This document shows positions 11,551 through 23,897 of a stretch of DNA of 64,000 nucleotides, in pieces. Below the pieces are notes generated by a model that worked only from the letters and a program-made list of their open reading frames with translations, made no database searches and was not told the DNA's origin. The position numbers and the translations under genes are program-made. The DNA is from Pocillopora damicornis (lineage: Eukaryota): contig NW_020844827.1 in assembly GCF_003704095.1 (NCBI RefSeq), positions 558,001 through 622,000 on the forward strand. Direction: 5' to 3'. Every line of letters starts with the position of its first letter. The stretch's first letter is position 1.

Positions 11551-13282
11551 TTCTCAGAAAGAAAGCGGAAGTGTTGTCCTCAATCTTCGAGGAAGGGATA
11601 CCTAGCTTTTAATCGGCTGTAAGATTTGTTTTGCTGTCTTCTTCAGTTCTTTCGATTGGCAAATTAATTACAGGTTTGATTGTTTTCTCGGAAAGGGAGG
11701 TTTCAGTCTGAATGAGTGCCCAGTGCTGTTGAGGTAAGCGATTTGATATATCGCAGGAACATAGAACATGTAAACGGAATTTCACCATTGCTTGACCGGA
11801 TTACACCAAAGTTTACAGCGTTTTGCCGGATTTATGCTTGTATTTCCGTACAGAAAGTTGCTTTATTGCTTCTTTTTAGATTTTCATATCGTTGAGCTTC
11901 AATCGTTATGATTTATTCCCTGCTTCTCGCAGAACGGGAATAAGTGGCAACGTTTTCGATGCACGCCACGTTTCGCTTGTTCATATGATTTGTTCAAATA
12001 AATAAACTTAACGATCAAGAGATCATTTGGTTAAGTTTACATTCGGTTAATAACCATAATTTGTGCGTAGGAATCAAAGTTTAAGCTCCCTGACTCGAAA
12101 CTTTCATCTGAAAGAAAGGAGAAGTAGAATTATCTGTGTACTCGTTGCTGCATTTAGTTCTTCACTCATACATGAATGCATGTTTCGAGCCCTTATACCG
12201 TTAAATATCTCTGTTTGAAGCCCGTGAAATATTAACAGAATCTACCGTGAGGGTACTTAACTTAAGGTCGGAAAGGCTTCAGTGGAGATTATTTCGAAAG
12301 GAACAACTCTAAATTTCAATAGTTTTGATACACTCCTTGAATAACATGACATGAAATACTATTTCTTTTCCTTTGATGCAATTCCGTATTGATGAGGGCT
12401 TATATTTTCGACTACAGTAAGTAATTTTTGTCAGTCCAGGAGATTAAGCTCGACAGGTTTATGGTTAATGGTGTAATTTTTCCAAATGAATTTTTTATAA
12501 AATGAAGTTCATTGAAAATGAAAACAGTTGAGACGAGAGTAACCTAAGGGAAAACCCCTTCAAATGATCTCATCTTGTCAGTCATTTTTAATATATTCAC
12601 AGAGACTCGCGTTGCGCTTAAAAACGTCAGGATCATGGAAATTTCCCGGAACATTCCGTAACATCAATAACATGTAAGAACTATGAGATAAATACGTATA
12701 ATTAAATAATTCAGCGACTGAAAAAGGGAAATGAACTAATCAATTGATTGGTGGCTAAATAAGTTAAAGAAAAACAAATGTGGAGATAAAATCCTATTAA
12801 CTCGGAATTTGCATACAACAAAAATGCAGACGACTTTAATGAGTGAAGTTTGTTTGTTGATATGTTTAGAGAGAGGTTTTTGCTTTTTCGTTTGTCGATG
12901 GGAAGTGTATCCATCACTGAGGGAAAATAAACCCCCTCCCCTCTATGAGACATTTTTATTTTGTCATAACATACAAATCTTTAGTACGCAGGTTTGTGGA
13001 AAGCAAATCTTTACAGCATATATATATATATTTCCAGTTTTAGATATTTCATTGAATGGTCCTTCTCACACCCTGAAGACGAACAGGCTGACACACCAGG
13101 AATAGCAACAGTACAGCCTAGGATCTGAGGAATCCAGGATGGAAGGTAAGTTGTTATCCACAACAAGAACTAATATAAGTAGCGGTCCAAATATTTGCTA
13201 TTTTAAGCACTGCTTAGCATAAGCCTCTGACTTAGTACAGATTATTCAAATGATGGCTTGATGCCTAAAGTTTTTCTTGGAA
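11551..13282 (+). promoter_or_regulatory. Cluster of GAS (TTCN3GAA), ISRE-like and kB-like motifs around the PARP 5' UTR exon and first introns
   Basis: TTCTCAGAA 11551, GAAAGCGGAAGTG 11561, TTCGAGGAA 11586, TTCTCGGAA 11685, donor GAG|gtaagc 11733, TTCATTGAA 12508, GAAAATGAAA 12514, GGGAAAACCC 12548, GGAAATTTCCC 12637 overlapping TTCCCGGAA 12643, TTCATTGAA 13048, TTCTTGGAA 13274. Confidence 0.6.
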
Positions 13283-16200
13283 ACGGAATGGAACAAATAC
13301 CTAATGAGAACACAAATGATGGTAAATTTTAAGCCAGGTCATCGAAAGAGACTTTTTTTTTCACTGAACCATCTCTCTCTTATTCATTAGCGTACCGAAC
13401 GCTTTTGACAATGCTAATCCTAGAAGTGTTTAGAAACTTTGTCACGCATGAAACCCAATAACCTGAATGGCCCTTCTCACCATAGAGTCTCTGTAGCTTA
13501 GTGGTAGAGCATCAGAGCAGAGAAACTTAAGGGCTTGAGCTGTGATTCCTCGTGAGGGACCCTGTTTTTTTTTCGTCGCATGCTCGTGACTAGTAGAATA
13601 AGATATTTCTTTACCCACTTAATAAACGCTTGACGAGTTTTGACTATTTACCCGACATGAAAGGTTAAAACTGTAACAAACCTATACCAATTTTGGTCGA
13701 TTACTTTTATGTGCCTGTACTAATATCAGAAACTCGAACAAAATCGAGCGATTACCTTACATGTATTTCCTTAACGATGTCATTTCTTCTTAAAGAAAAT
13801 GACAAAAGCAAGAGCTCCCCGGAAAATGATCAAGAGAAGGACAAAGAAAGTGCTAACTCGACAGACGAGAAGCGTCTTCAGGGTAACTCTTTCGCATATC
13901 GGTCTGAACGAGACACATGGCAGGTGGTTGGGCGAGGTCAGCGTTCCATACCACAGAGAGAAGTCGGTAAGAATTACACTTCTTGATTGAAGTCAGACGG
14001 CAGTTTTTTTTCAAGACTTTTTCATGGCCAAATATGGCTCAGTAGGGGCTAATTAAGCTCCAGTTCTCGTTGCAGTCACATTGCTTTGGACATTGTGCGC
14101 GTCCATACACTTTTGAACGCTGAGGCAACGGTTTTGGTGACAACTCGGAGATTGATAACCAGATAATCGAACTGAGTGACACTTGACCTTAAAATTCAGT
14201 TCCTTTAATCCACATGACCAAAATTCTGACTTCCTCGTCCTAAAAACCGCTTTTGCACCAAAACGTTTCTTTATTTGATATTTAATTCATGTCGCATACA
14301 GCTTGAACCTTACAACGCAGTCAAAAAACTTGTTCTCTCCACTGATGAAGGACTGAGCCTAAAATATTTCGATGCCATAAATCAAAACATAACAACGTTT
14401 CAGCTTCATTCATTCCCCTTAATAAAATTATCATATTGTATTTCACCATAAGAGCAAAGAGGTGGACGCTGTAACAAAAATGCAGTGGAGACGCCTCGTG
14501 GAAAACCTTCCTTAAGAGTTCAGACACATCGACCAGATGTTCAACAGAGGGAAGGTAATAAGGGGGGGTTTTCAGGGCGTGGCGACCGCGGCCGAGGGAG
14601 TAGGGGAAAAAGAGGACAGGGTTCGGGTGCTTTTCGAGGAGGACATCAAGGGAGAGGAGCTCGAGGTAGGACACTATGTTGCCATTGTTAATTTCCGAGT
14701 GAAACATATCATCGTCACTCTAGACATTTTCATCACTCAGCTTCGAGCGCTGGGTCGGGTTGATTTGATGAGTTCTTGGTCAAGACTCTACTGGGTGGGC
14801 CAGTCCGCGACGAACTCATTCTTCGGAAAAGCAATTCCTTTGGGTAAAACAAAAAACCATGCTTATGTCTTTCCACCCGTTTTTACTGGTTTTGATGTTG
14901 TTTTATTGCAGGGCCTGGTCACCAAGTCGGAGCAGTGCCACGTCAACGCTCCGATCCAGTTTCTTTAGGATTTACACAGCCAGATATCAAATACGAGTGG
15001 AACAAGTTGTATATTCTGGGCCTACATTTCAGGTCAACACGAGATGCTGTGAAGAATTACATAGAACGAATTAGTGGTTATGATGTTAAGAACGTGGAGT
15101 GGTTCAAACCTAATGGTAAAGCAATAGTAACGCTAAACACTGACAGAATTGTAGGTAAGTGGTAATGACTGCTTTCCTACAGCCCCAGTTTATTCTGATC
15201 ATATTCACACCTTTCAAGCTTTGGGCAGGTTCAAACACTTCCTCGTGGGTAGACCATCATAGATTGTGCCAGTAAATGTAGCATATTATTCTAATAGGAT
15301 CGCCCGATTTGTTTGCACATAATGCTCAAAATTATGTTAGTTTTTTAAAATTATGCTACTTTTTCTTTAAGAACACTTTTCAAAAATAGAAACAATAATA
15401 ATTTCAAATTATATATACATATATTCTTAATAAAGCATGATATCCTCGTGATCTTGAGTTACACACTTGCTCTGATAAAACACAACTTACTACGGTACTT
15501 CATTCCAGACTAGACACAGAGACTAGATGTGTCAAAGTGTGCGATGTTGATATCACATTAGTTATGTTCTGATGATGTCAAAAAATACTAAATGTGATAC
15601 AACCGTTCTAGCATATCGGATGGCAGTTCTTCTTCCCGTATCTAAAAGTGGTTCGATGCCATCTAGTTGCCTGAGAAAACGGGAACTGCAAAAAATTATG
15701 CTCGTTTTCCAAATATGCCAAAAATTATGTAAGCACAATCTATAGTGGCCTACTTGTAAGGGAGAGGGGGGATCGGGTCACGTCGAGGAACGACATTTTT
15801 ACTGAATCAAACTAGATGAGAAATATAGGTTAATTACCTTGATTTCCCAGGAGGACCGGCCGAGCATGCCCTTATTCAGGTTGGGCTTTTTGAAAAACTA
15901 TTCCTTGCAATGAGTTTCTTTCCTTAGCAGTCTTTGATTTGAAAGTAACTCGTGGAAACTTACTGGCGATTTTTTTCAGATTTTGCAAAGATTGTTCAAG
16001 AATCGAAGAGAAGGCCGCTTGAAGGTGTAACCGTCTCAATTGAAAGAGCTCCTGAATGTAAGAGCATCTTTGTGAGCGGATTTTCTGAAAATACAACAAA
16101 AGAACAAGTGGAAGAGTACTTTGATGCTTTGAGTTCATTAGAAGATGTTGTATTCAGTCCATGGGATGAGAAGAGAAAAGAGAAGAGAGCGATTGTATAC

Positions 16201-19200
16201 TTCAAAGAAAAGAAAGGTAAGTCTCCCGTATTTATTTTTTCTTAAGTATTTTTCTTAATAAGTACGTATTTTAGTAGCTGTGGAAATGTTCATGTCTCCC
16301 CGTTATTGTTATTGAACAACTCTCCCTTTGGTCTTTAAGGGCACAAATGATTTTCTCTGGCCTCAACATTTCGAACAAAATGATAGCTGCGTGGAGTGCT
16401 GTAACATCGTACTTTCTGTCCTCGTTAGGTTTAATTTGCTTACAGTGTATTCCCAATAGAATCACTGCCGCAGAAAAGTGCTGAAATTTTTTTGTAGGCC
16501 TAGAACATTTAATTCTATAAAATTTTCTCCTTTTCAGGTGTGAAAAAATGTACGAAGACAGATCACTTCATAGATGGAAAAGCTTTACATGTAGAGGCTT
16601 TCTTTCCTTTTATGGGCACACTACTGCCTGTCAACGAACCGTCAAAATCATCACGTCCTACTTCGGGTGAAGTGGGAGGATCTTGGCAGCCCCAGTTTTA
16701 CAAGGCTGTTGATGAAGACATCGGGGAGTTTTTGATGAAGTCCAACCAAGAGGCCAAATTAAGAGGACTTCTTCATTCGAGTGAACATGCTTGTGTAAGG
16801 TGGACAAACGAAGAGGGATATCTGCTGATAAAATATGACACCTCAGGCAAAAGAGTTGACAAGGAGTTTGAGGAGGAAGCATGGAAAAAGAGATGTTTCG
16901 ATATAATCGACCAATACATCGACGGTTGCACGACAAAAGAACTTTCAGTAGACACAGAGGTTTGGGAGGCAGTGGTTGATCAGTTACCAAAACTGGAAAA
17001 ACTTCTTCCGAAGTTCACAGCGCAAGTGAAACTACTGAAGTTGTCTCACTCCGTAAAGTTGATTTGCCAGAAGTCAAACATGCCAGAGTTTGCTGACATC
17101 CTCGAAAGACGTTTGAAGGACATCAAACAGGAGGAACTCGAGAAAAAGCTAGATCAGAAGACGCTCACCGACATATCCACTGAAAAGCTACAACTTCTTC
17201 AAAATTGTGGGATCGAGAACATTTTGAAGGAGGAGTTTGATCAAGATATTCAACTTAAGATTGACTTGAGTAACAAGAACCTTCTAATTAAAACTCCCAA
17301 GGGACACATGCCATCCGTCATGACCTATCTTCGGCAGCGTTTGGACGAAATTGGTCAAAACGCAATATCGCAGCCCCCGGAAATTTTAGAAATCTTGAAG
17401 ACAAAAGTCGGGAAACGAAAGATGACGCAGGAACTTCCCGATGGATGTGCTTTTAATGTCGATGAGAAAAGCAAAAAAGTTATCCTCCTTGGGAGAACAC
17501 TTTCTCAAACCTGTGCGGGAAGACAAAAGGCAGAGACCGTTCTGTTAGATGACCGTAGTCTCAAGGTAACCCAGGCTGATAATGACCTCATGCTTTCACC
17601 AAAGTGGGATGAGCTTTGTAAGAAGTTAGTAAAACGTCTGACGATCCGTCATAAACGCGAATTGACTTGCATTGCCGTCTTTGGGTTCAAAAACGACGTT
17701 GAAGAGGCTGTAAAGAAAATGAGAGACTTTCGTAATGAAAAAAAATCAACCGAAGGTGAATTCAGGCTCGATTCTCCCATCAATCGAAAGTTCTTCACCG
17801 ACTACTACAAGGAAGAACTTCAGAAAATTGAGGAAGAACTCGCCCCTTGTGCGGTGAAGATTTCTTTGGATGAAAGCGGTAATCGAATTAAGTATTCTGG
17901 AACAGACGACGGCGTAAAGGATGCTGAAGAACGGTTATATATTCTGCTTGACCAAATCAAAGAAAAGAGTCTCCCTATTCAAACACCTGGCATGAGAAAC
18001 TTCTTGGCCCAAGATGTGGGAAAAGGCTTTGTTGACACCGTGGAGCGAGAAAACAAGTGTATCATCAGGATTGCGGAGGAAATTGAGGAAGAAGTTGAGG
18101 ACGAAATGGAAGGAAGTGACGGTGATGAGCTTTCGAACACTTGCAGCAGAGGCGAGGAGGAGCTTGATGATGCTGACACATTTTTGACTAACGAGGGCAA
18201 AAAGGTGATCTGGAAGAGTGGAAATATCGAGGAAGAGCAGGTGGGTAGTCTCATAGATATAAATGCATCAAACAATAAAAGTTTACGTCTTCAGTTGATT
18301 CAAATGGACAGCTATCATCGTAGGTACATTAGTGAAATGAAGTTGTCAAGTTTAACCCTTTCTCGTACTACTGATAACTAAAACCTCTCAATGTTTTCAT
18401 TTGGAGTGGGCCACTGAGAAAGTATCTCAATAGATCCGAAAGGAACTATGTCTTTTTTTCATTTCCATTTTTACCTTCTCCAAATAAAGACACAGATATG
18501 CACTCGATAAAGCCTGCAACTTAATGTTTAAACATGCTTTGCTACAGGCAGACGTCTTGGTGTGCTCTGTGGGATCGAAATTTAATCTTACGGTCGGTGC
18601 AATTGCCAATGCCATTAGCAAAGCTGCAGGTCCGGAGCTGCAAGGGGAGTTAAGACAGAAGACGATAGGAAGGACTTGGGGTGAAGGTGATATTGTCCAC
18701 ACTAAAGCAGGACACCTGAATTGCCGTTACGTCATCCACTGTGTGTGTTGTCCTTGGAAAGGAAATCCTCAGGACGAGCAGGTACGGGAATGACTTTGAC
18801 TTTAATGCTACTTTGAGCATTGGCTAAAACTTAGCCACGCTGTAGAAATTGTATTCTTGGTTTTATCCTGATGCAGTTTGCTTCACTGCCATACTTCCAG
18901 CACAAATCGTCTCGTCCCACTCATTTTTTAAAAATTCTTTTGATCATAGCTTCTACAGGATCTACTGCGAAAGTGTTTTGACAAAGCTTCGGAGCTTGGT
19001 GCATGTTCTATTGGCCTACCACTTGTTGGAACCGGTAATCTTGGTTTTCCTTACGCCAGAGCTGTCCAGATTATGATCCAGGCAGCTGTCGAATACAGTC
19101 ACGCCAATCCAGATTCTCCCTTGGAGGAAATAAGATTTGTCGTGTTTAGCGGTGATCAGAAAGGAATAGGAACGTTCGAAGAACAATTTGAAGAGTTTAA

Positions 19201-22132
19201 GAAGGAAAAAAGACCTGACGTGAAACCTCGAAAGCCACAGGTTCGCCGAAGCAAACTTAAACCTGTTCCACCTGACTTTAAATGCAAAGAGATTCAAATC
19301 GGCGAGCTATCGTTGAAGGTGTTGAAAGGAGACATAACCCAGGATAGATCAGATGCCATATGTAACGTAGTAACTCAAGATCTGAAAATGAATAGTGGAA
19401 CCCTAAGCAGCGCTATCCTTGCAGCAAGTGGAAACACTGTAGAAGACGAGTTACAGTCAAAGGCACCTCAGGTCCCAGGAGATATCGTGACTACTTCAGG
19501 CGGCTGCTTGTCTGCAATGCACATCATTCATATGGTTGTGGGACCAGGAACGAAGAAACATCTTCAAACTTGCGTGGAGAAGGCGCTCAAAGAAGTGGAT
19601 TCTGTGGGTTTGAGGTCAGTGTCCATTCCAGCAGTTGGTAGCGGAGGACTAGGACATACAGCTGAGCAATCGGCAGAGGTGGTTTTTGGGGCAATCCGTG
19701 CATGCACCGTGAAACCATTTAATTCCATTCGTGAGGTCAGAGTAGTTGTTTTTGATATTTCTATCATTGGTGCGTACTTAGCGGAGCTGGAAGCAATCCA
19801 AAAAGAAGCCTCCGAATCCTCTTCATGTGCTGAAGAAGAAGATGATCTCACCTATCACGAAACAGGTGCAGAATCTTCCACTGTGGAATTAAGAAGAAAA
19901 CATCGTCGCCAGAAGATCATCTTTCACGGCCGCCTGGAGTCTTTTGATGCGGTTGATACTGCCTTGAAAGAAGGGGTAATGAAAGCTTGCGGTGATCCTC
20001 GTGTAATCAAGCACGAAGTGATCGGTCGTCTTTCCAAAGGAAGTATGCGAGAGCTGAAGAAAATGTCTCGTATGCGAGATGTAAAATTGGATCAACCAGA
20101 ACCTGGGACTATAATATTGCAAGGGCTCCCGAAAGATGTAATGGAAATCAACTCAGAACTATCAAATGTGATCCAAGAGCACGTGGAAAGGGAGCATAAG
20201 CAGGAGCTGGCGGAGCAGATGTCGAAAACTGTGCAATGGTACCTGGTCAATACAGGAGGAAAACTCGTTCCTTTCGACAAGATGGCCAACAATGAGATAG
20301 AATCAGCCTGTAAAGCAAAGAAACCATCCCTTCTATTCACGCATCAGAACTTGAAGGCTGAAATCAATTTCGGAAATGAAGAGGTAACGTTCCTAAGAAC
20401 CGGAGCAATCAAAAGGGTCCTGCGCAGAGATGGTAAGCACAGTAAAATAAACGTTAATTTTTTCCTGTCATCATCATTTTAGATGCGCAAATGAAAGTCG
20501 TTCAATTTTTTTTTATGTTTAGAATGCATAGCATAATTCTTTCAGGATGTCTCCGCCTTTGTGAAAGTAGTCGTTCTGGTACAGAAAGCAATCTATTTTC
20601 TACGGTAATCCTCAAGAGCTCATCTTTCAAAGCTGCTTACAGACATCTCGAGTACTGATCTCTAGAGTTGTTTAACCTTCAAATTCTGCTCTTTGTTTTT
20701 CAAGCGTAGTTAATCTGGCCAGCTTGTAATAAACAAACTAATTGTCAGAGTTACGCCAGTATTCGCAGGTAGTCAGACTGAACAAAATCGTACAAAGGAG
20801 TGAGAATCCTCCAGTCATAGTTTACCTGATTTGAATCCCTCTCTACGCTTTTAAGTCAAGCTACGTTAAGTACTTCTTTTCTTACCTGTTTTAAGGCCAA
20901 TGTCATATTATTTTTAAAATCAATATGATTGGCTAGAGTCTTCCGGCACAATTTACAGATCAAGTGTCTTATTCGATTTTACCCAAATGACTGTGCGTCC
21001 CGCGACAAATCGAAAACAGAGCGTTTGGAAACTGATTTCGTGGTGAACAAAATTTCTCTTGGGAGAGGGAATTGTAATGCAAGTTGTCGGTCGCAATGAG
21101 ACTGTTATATTTTTTTTTAAACCAGTGCTGCCTCTTCCTGATGAATGGGATCCCCAGCCTCGAGGTGTCAATGGAAAGGAAGAGACACTACATCTGGTCA
21201 GCCTTGAGAAGGACTCCAAAGAGTATGAAAAGGTCCAAGAGAAGTTCCTCCAAACGATGAGTGGTAAGGCGGTAATAACAAACATTGAGCGCATTCAAAA
21301 TCCATCGATGCATAATTCCTATATGGTGAGGAAGCAAATTATGGATGCAAAGAATGGAACCATCGACAACGAACTGGAACTTTTCCATGGGACAAAGGCA
21401 GAAAGCATCAAAGCGATCAATGTTCAGGGATTTGATAGGAGTTTATGTGGTGCGAACGGTACGTATATGATGGGAACAAATTTTCTCCATTTTGAAAACT
21501 CATCGGCGCAAGACGCCAAGCCGATACTATGTTTGCATGGTAAAGGTGTGGTTGTATTGATACCTAGTAGCGCAGTTAGATGACGCGTTTTCTGTATTCA
21601 TAAATTCACTCCCTGTGATGGTAACACCAATGGCAATTCAAAAAAGGTGATAATTTAACTAGGTTCGTCAGTTCTGTGTTGAACAGAGCGAAAGTATTGC
21701 AGGGTTTCGCACGAATAAAATGTCAAGTCATTGTTATCAACCGATATAAAAACTCATCGAAAGCCACATCTTTTGACCCCATGATCCATTGCTGCCAACA
21801 ATTTGCTGTTAATAATTTTGATTCACTTTTTTACAGGTAACGCTTATGGCGATGGTGTTTACTTCGCAAAAGATGCTTCCTATTCCAAAACATACTCAAA
21901 ACCAGGCCCAAATGGTGATTGCCTCATGTATTTAGCCAGAGTTTTGGTTGGAAAATACACCGAGGGCGAGCAAGGGTGGAAAAAACCTCCCCCCAAGGAC
22001 CTCAGCAAGCCAGAGATACTCTTCGACTCGCTGGTAAACAGAGAGGAAAATCCAACCATTTTCGTGGTTTTCAACGATTTCCATGTGTACCCTACATACT
22101 TAATTAGTTTTAAGAAATGGGAATTATCTTGA
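13139..22132 (+). CDS. PARP14-like: PARP14-like macrodomain mono-ADP-ribosyltransferase (~1608 aa); exons 13139-13145, 13796-13882, 14453-14665, 14912-15154, 15980-16216, 16538-18240, 18548-18781, 18959-20432, 21126-21458, 21837-22132
   Basis: All junctions are GT-AG and in phase (4827 nt), with an in-frame stop upstream of the ATG. Domains: RG-rich N-terminus, two RRM-like segments, KH-like region, two macrodomains (GNIEEEQADVLV..ISKAAGP; GDITQ..SVSIPAVGSGGLG), WWE-like (VQWY..PFD..NEIE), and ART domain with LFHGT, YGDGVYFA, LARVLVG, PTIFVVF..YPTYLISF. Confidence 0.93.
13310..13610 (+). mobile_element. tRNA-derived SINE-like repeat in PARP intron
   Basis: A-box-like tagcttagtggtagagca (~13494) and degenerate B-box gattcctcgtgaggga. 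It does not form a complete tRNA cloverleaf. Confidence 0.55.
15250..15752. mobile_element. Non-autonomous DNA transposon/MITE in PARP intron
   Basis: Imperfect TIRs tagaccatcatagattgtgc / gcacaatctatagtggccta, with subterminal aaaattatg repeats. Confidence 0.6.
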
Positions 22133-22344
22133 TGGGAATAATCCAGCACACTTTTTTTCATGAAATAGACCGTCCTTTAATTCAGGGAATAACCAGCGTG
22201 GGATGTTTCTCAATCACGAGTTAAGGCGTGTTACTTTACAACCCATAGAGTCATCTACGGTCGTAAGTCCAAATTTTTTCGGCTTGATGGGTTACTACTA
22301 CCATTTTGTATAATTATGGGGCTACGCTCTGCGAGATCCGCTAT

Positions 22345-23290
22345 AAATAGATAGATAGATGACCTTTTTTATACACGATAATATTTTAAGCTGCAAGCTT
22401 GTGGGATCGCATGAAGAAAAGGGAAAATTACATGTTATGTTAATACAACTTGAATTTAAAAATAGACAATTATATATATTATAACTTATAAGTAAAAAGC
22501 GGTATGTATAAGGCGAGCAGTTCAAGTGGAAAGTGTGTCAAATTTGAATTCCCTAGCAGGCCTTTTTTTTAGATCATTGGGACTCGAGCGTCCAACTTCT
22601 TGTTCATAGTAGCAAACAGTGTTCCATAACACAGCGCCCCGATATTTAAGCGAGTCTTTCATGTATCTTGTTTGGAACTTGGGTGCTTTTAAAAGGTCGC
22701 TCCCCTCAGAGAGTAACCATTTGAGCGACATTTAAGGATGTTTTTATACAGTGCGTCGGGAAGATTGGCATTATAGCCTTTGTGAAAAAGCTTGAAGATG
22801 TCTAATTTATAATACCAAGAAAGTGTAGGCCACTAGTCTTGTCTAGCTAAGCATGTCAAATGATGTCATATCTTTAGGTAGATTAAATATAATTCTTGCT
22901 GCCCTGCGGTGTACTCTCTCTATTGAACCTGATATATCAGAATTACTACAAGATCCCAACAGAACTAAAGCATATTTTACAGAAGTCAAAATTACTTTAA
23001 AATAAAATTATTTCCATGCGGCCCTTAGGAGAAATTTTCAGTTTGCCTTTTTGGTTTTCCATTACCTGCGGTACCCAGCTGAGTTTCTGGTCAGCTGTCA
23101 AGCCCAGCAAGCGTGTTTTCGCAACCCACATAAGAATTGAGCTTCCTGATGGCACAGGAGCTATCGGTCTAATCGGGGTTCCTTTGCCTGGATGAAGTGT
23201 TATTTTTTACCAACCTGGTGCAATGTCCTTATAGATGTGCGGGCCAAAAGAATTTATTTTGCTGTAGGGGAGCCTTATAAATGATTTGAT
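22345..23290 (-). mobile_element. Degraded L2/CR1-group LINE 3' fragment
   Basis: Broken minus-strand frames: LLGLTADQKLSW, IERVHRRAARIIFNLP, KAPKFQTRYMKDSLKYRGAVLWN. Ends in a (TAGA)n tail. Confidence 0.7.
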
Positions 23291-23897
23291 ACTTTCACTT
23301 GTTAAACGTCCTCTGGAAAGTTTGATAGTTTGTTTGGTCTACGATTTTGCGTAGCTTATGGCTGGTCATTATCAGCCGAAAGAGTTTAAGGGCTGAATTA
23401 CAAAAAACTGGTAATCAAACTGTCACTGTCACTTATTAAGAAAAACGGCATCATTTTTAGAGGAAATCCAACATTGAAAAGGTTATAAAACAATTTCTCT
23501 ATACATTTGTTTAGCATTCATCGAGACATGAAGCAGTAGGAAGTTTAGCTGTGGCTCCACGAACTGTCAAGCATCTATCTTGCCCTCCACACTTCCCGCG
23601 TGGCTCATATCTCGATGGGTACACAGTTGATTTGTGGACCAATAAACCTATTTAGCTTCGGTTTGTATGTTATGTTTATCCTGGTCAGATCTCTACGTAG
23701 TTCCCGGCTTTTTTGTAAATTACGCGTACGTGTGCAAATGAGCAAGACGAAACTTGAAATAAACAGTTCCTTAGAGTATTACCTGAATGGAACTCCATCT
23801 ATTTGCTCATGGTCGCCAACAGCTACATTTTTTTTATTTTATGTCTCTGCCTGGCAAAACATTTGTTCATTTTATCTTAATTATCTTTTTTTCTTTT

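Noticed and set aside
13485-13560. tRNA gene
   Set aside because: A-box present but the B-box/T-arm is degenerate and embedded in a longer repeat; treated as a SINE.
14537-14968. 143-aa ORF and other overlapping or antisense ORFs across the PARP, polycystin and KCNQ exons (e.g. 25367-25864, 58318-58638)
   Set aside because: Alternative-frame shadows of real exons running into introns, with no recognisable motifs.
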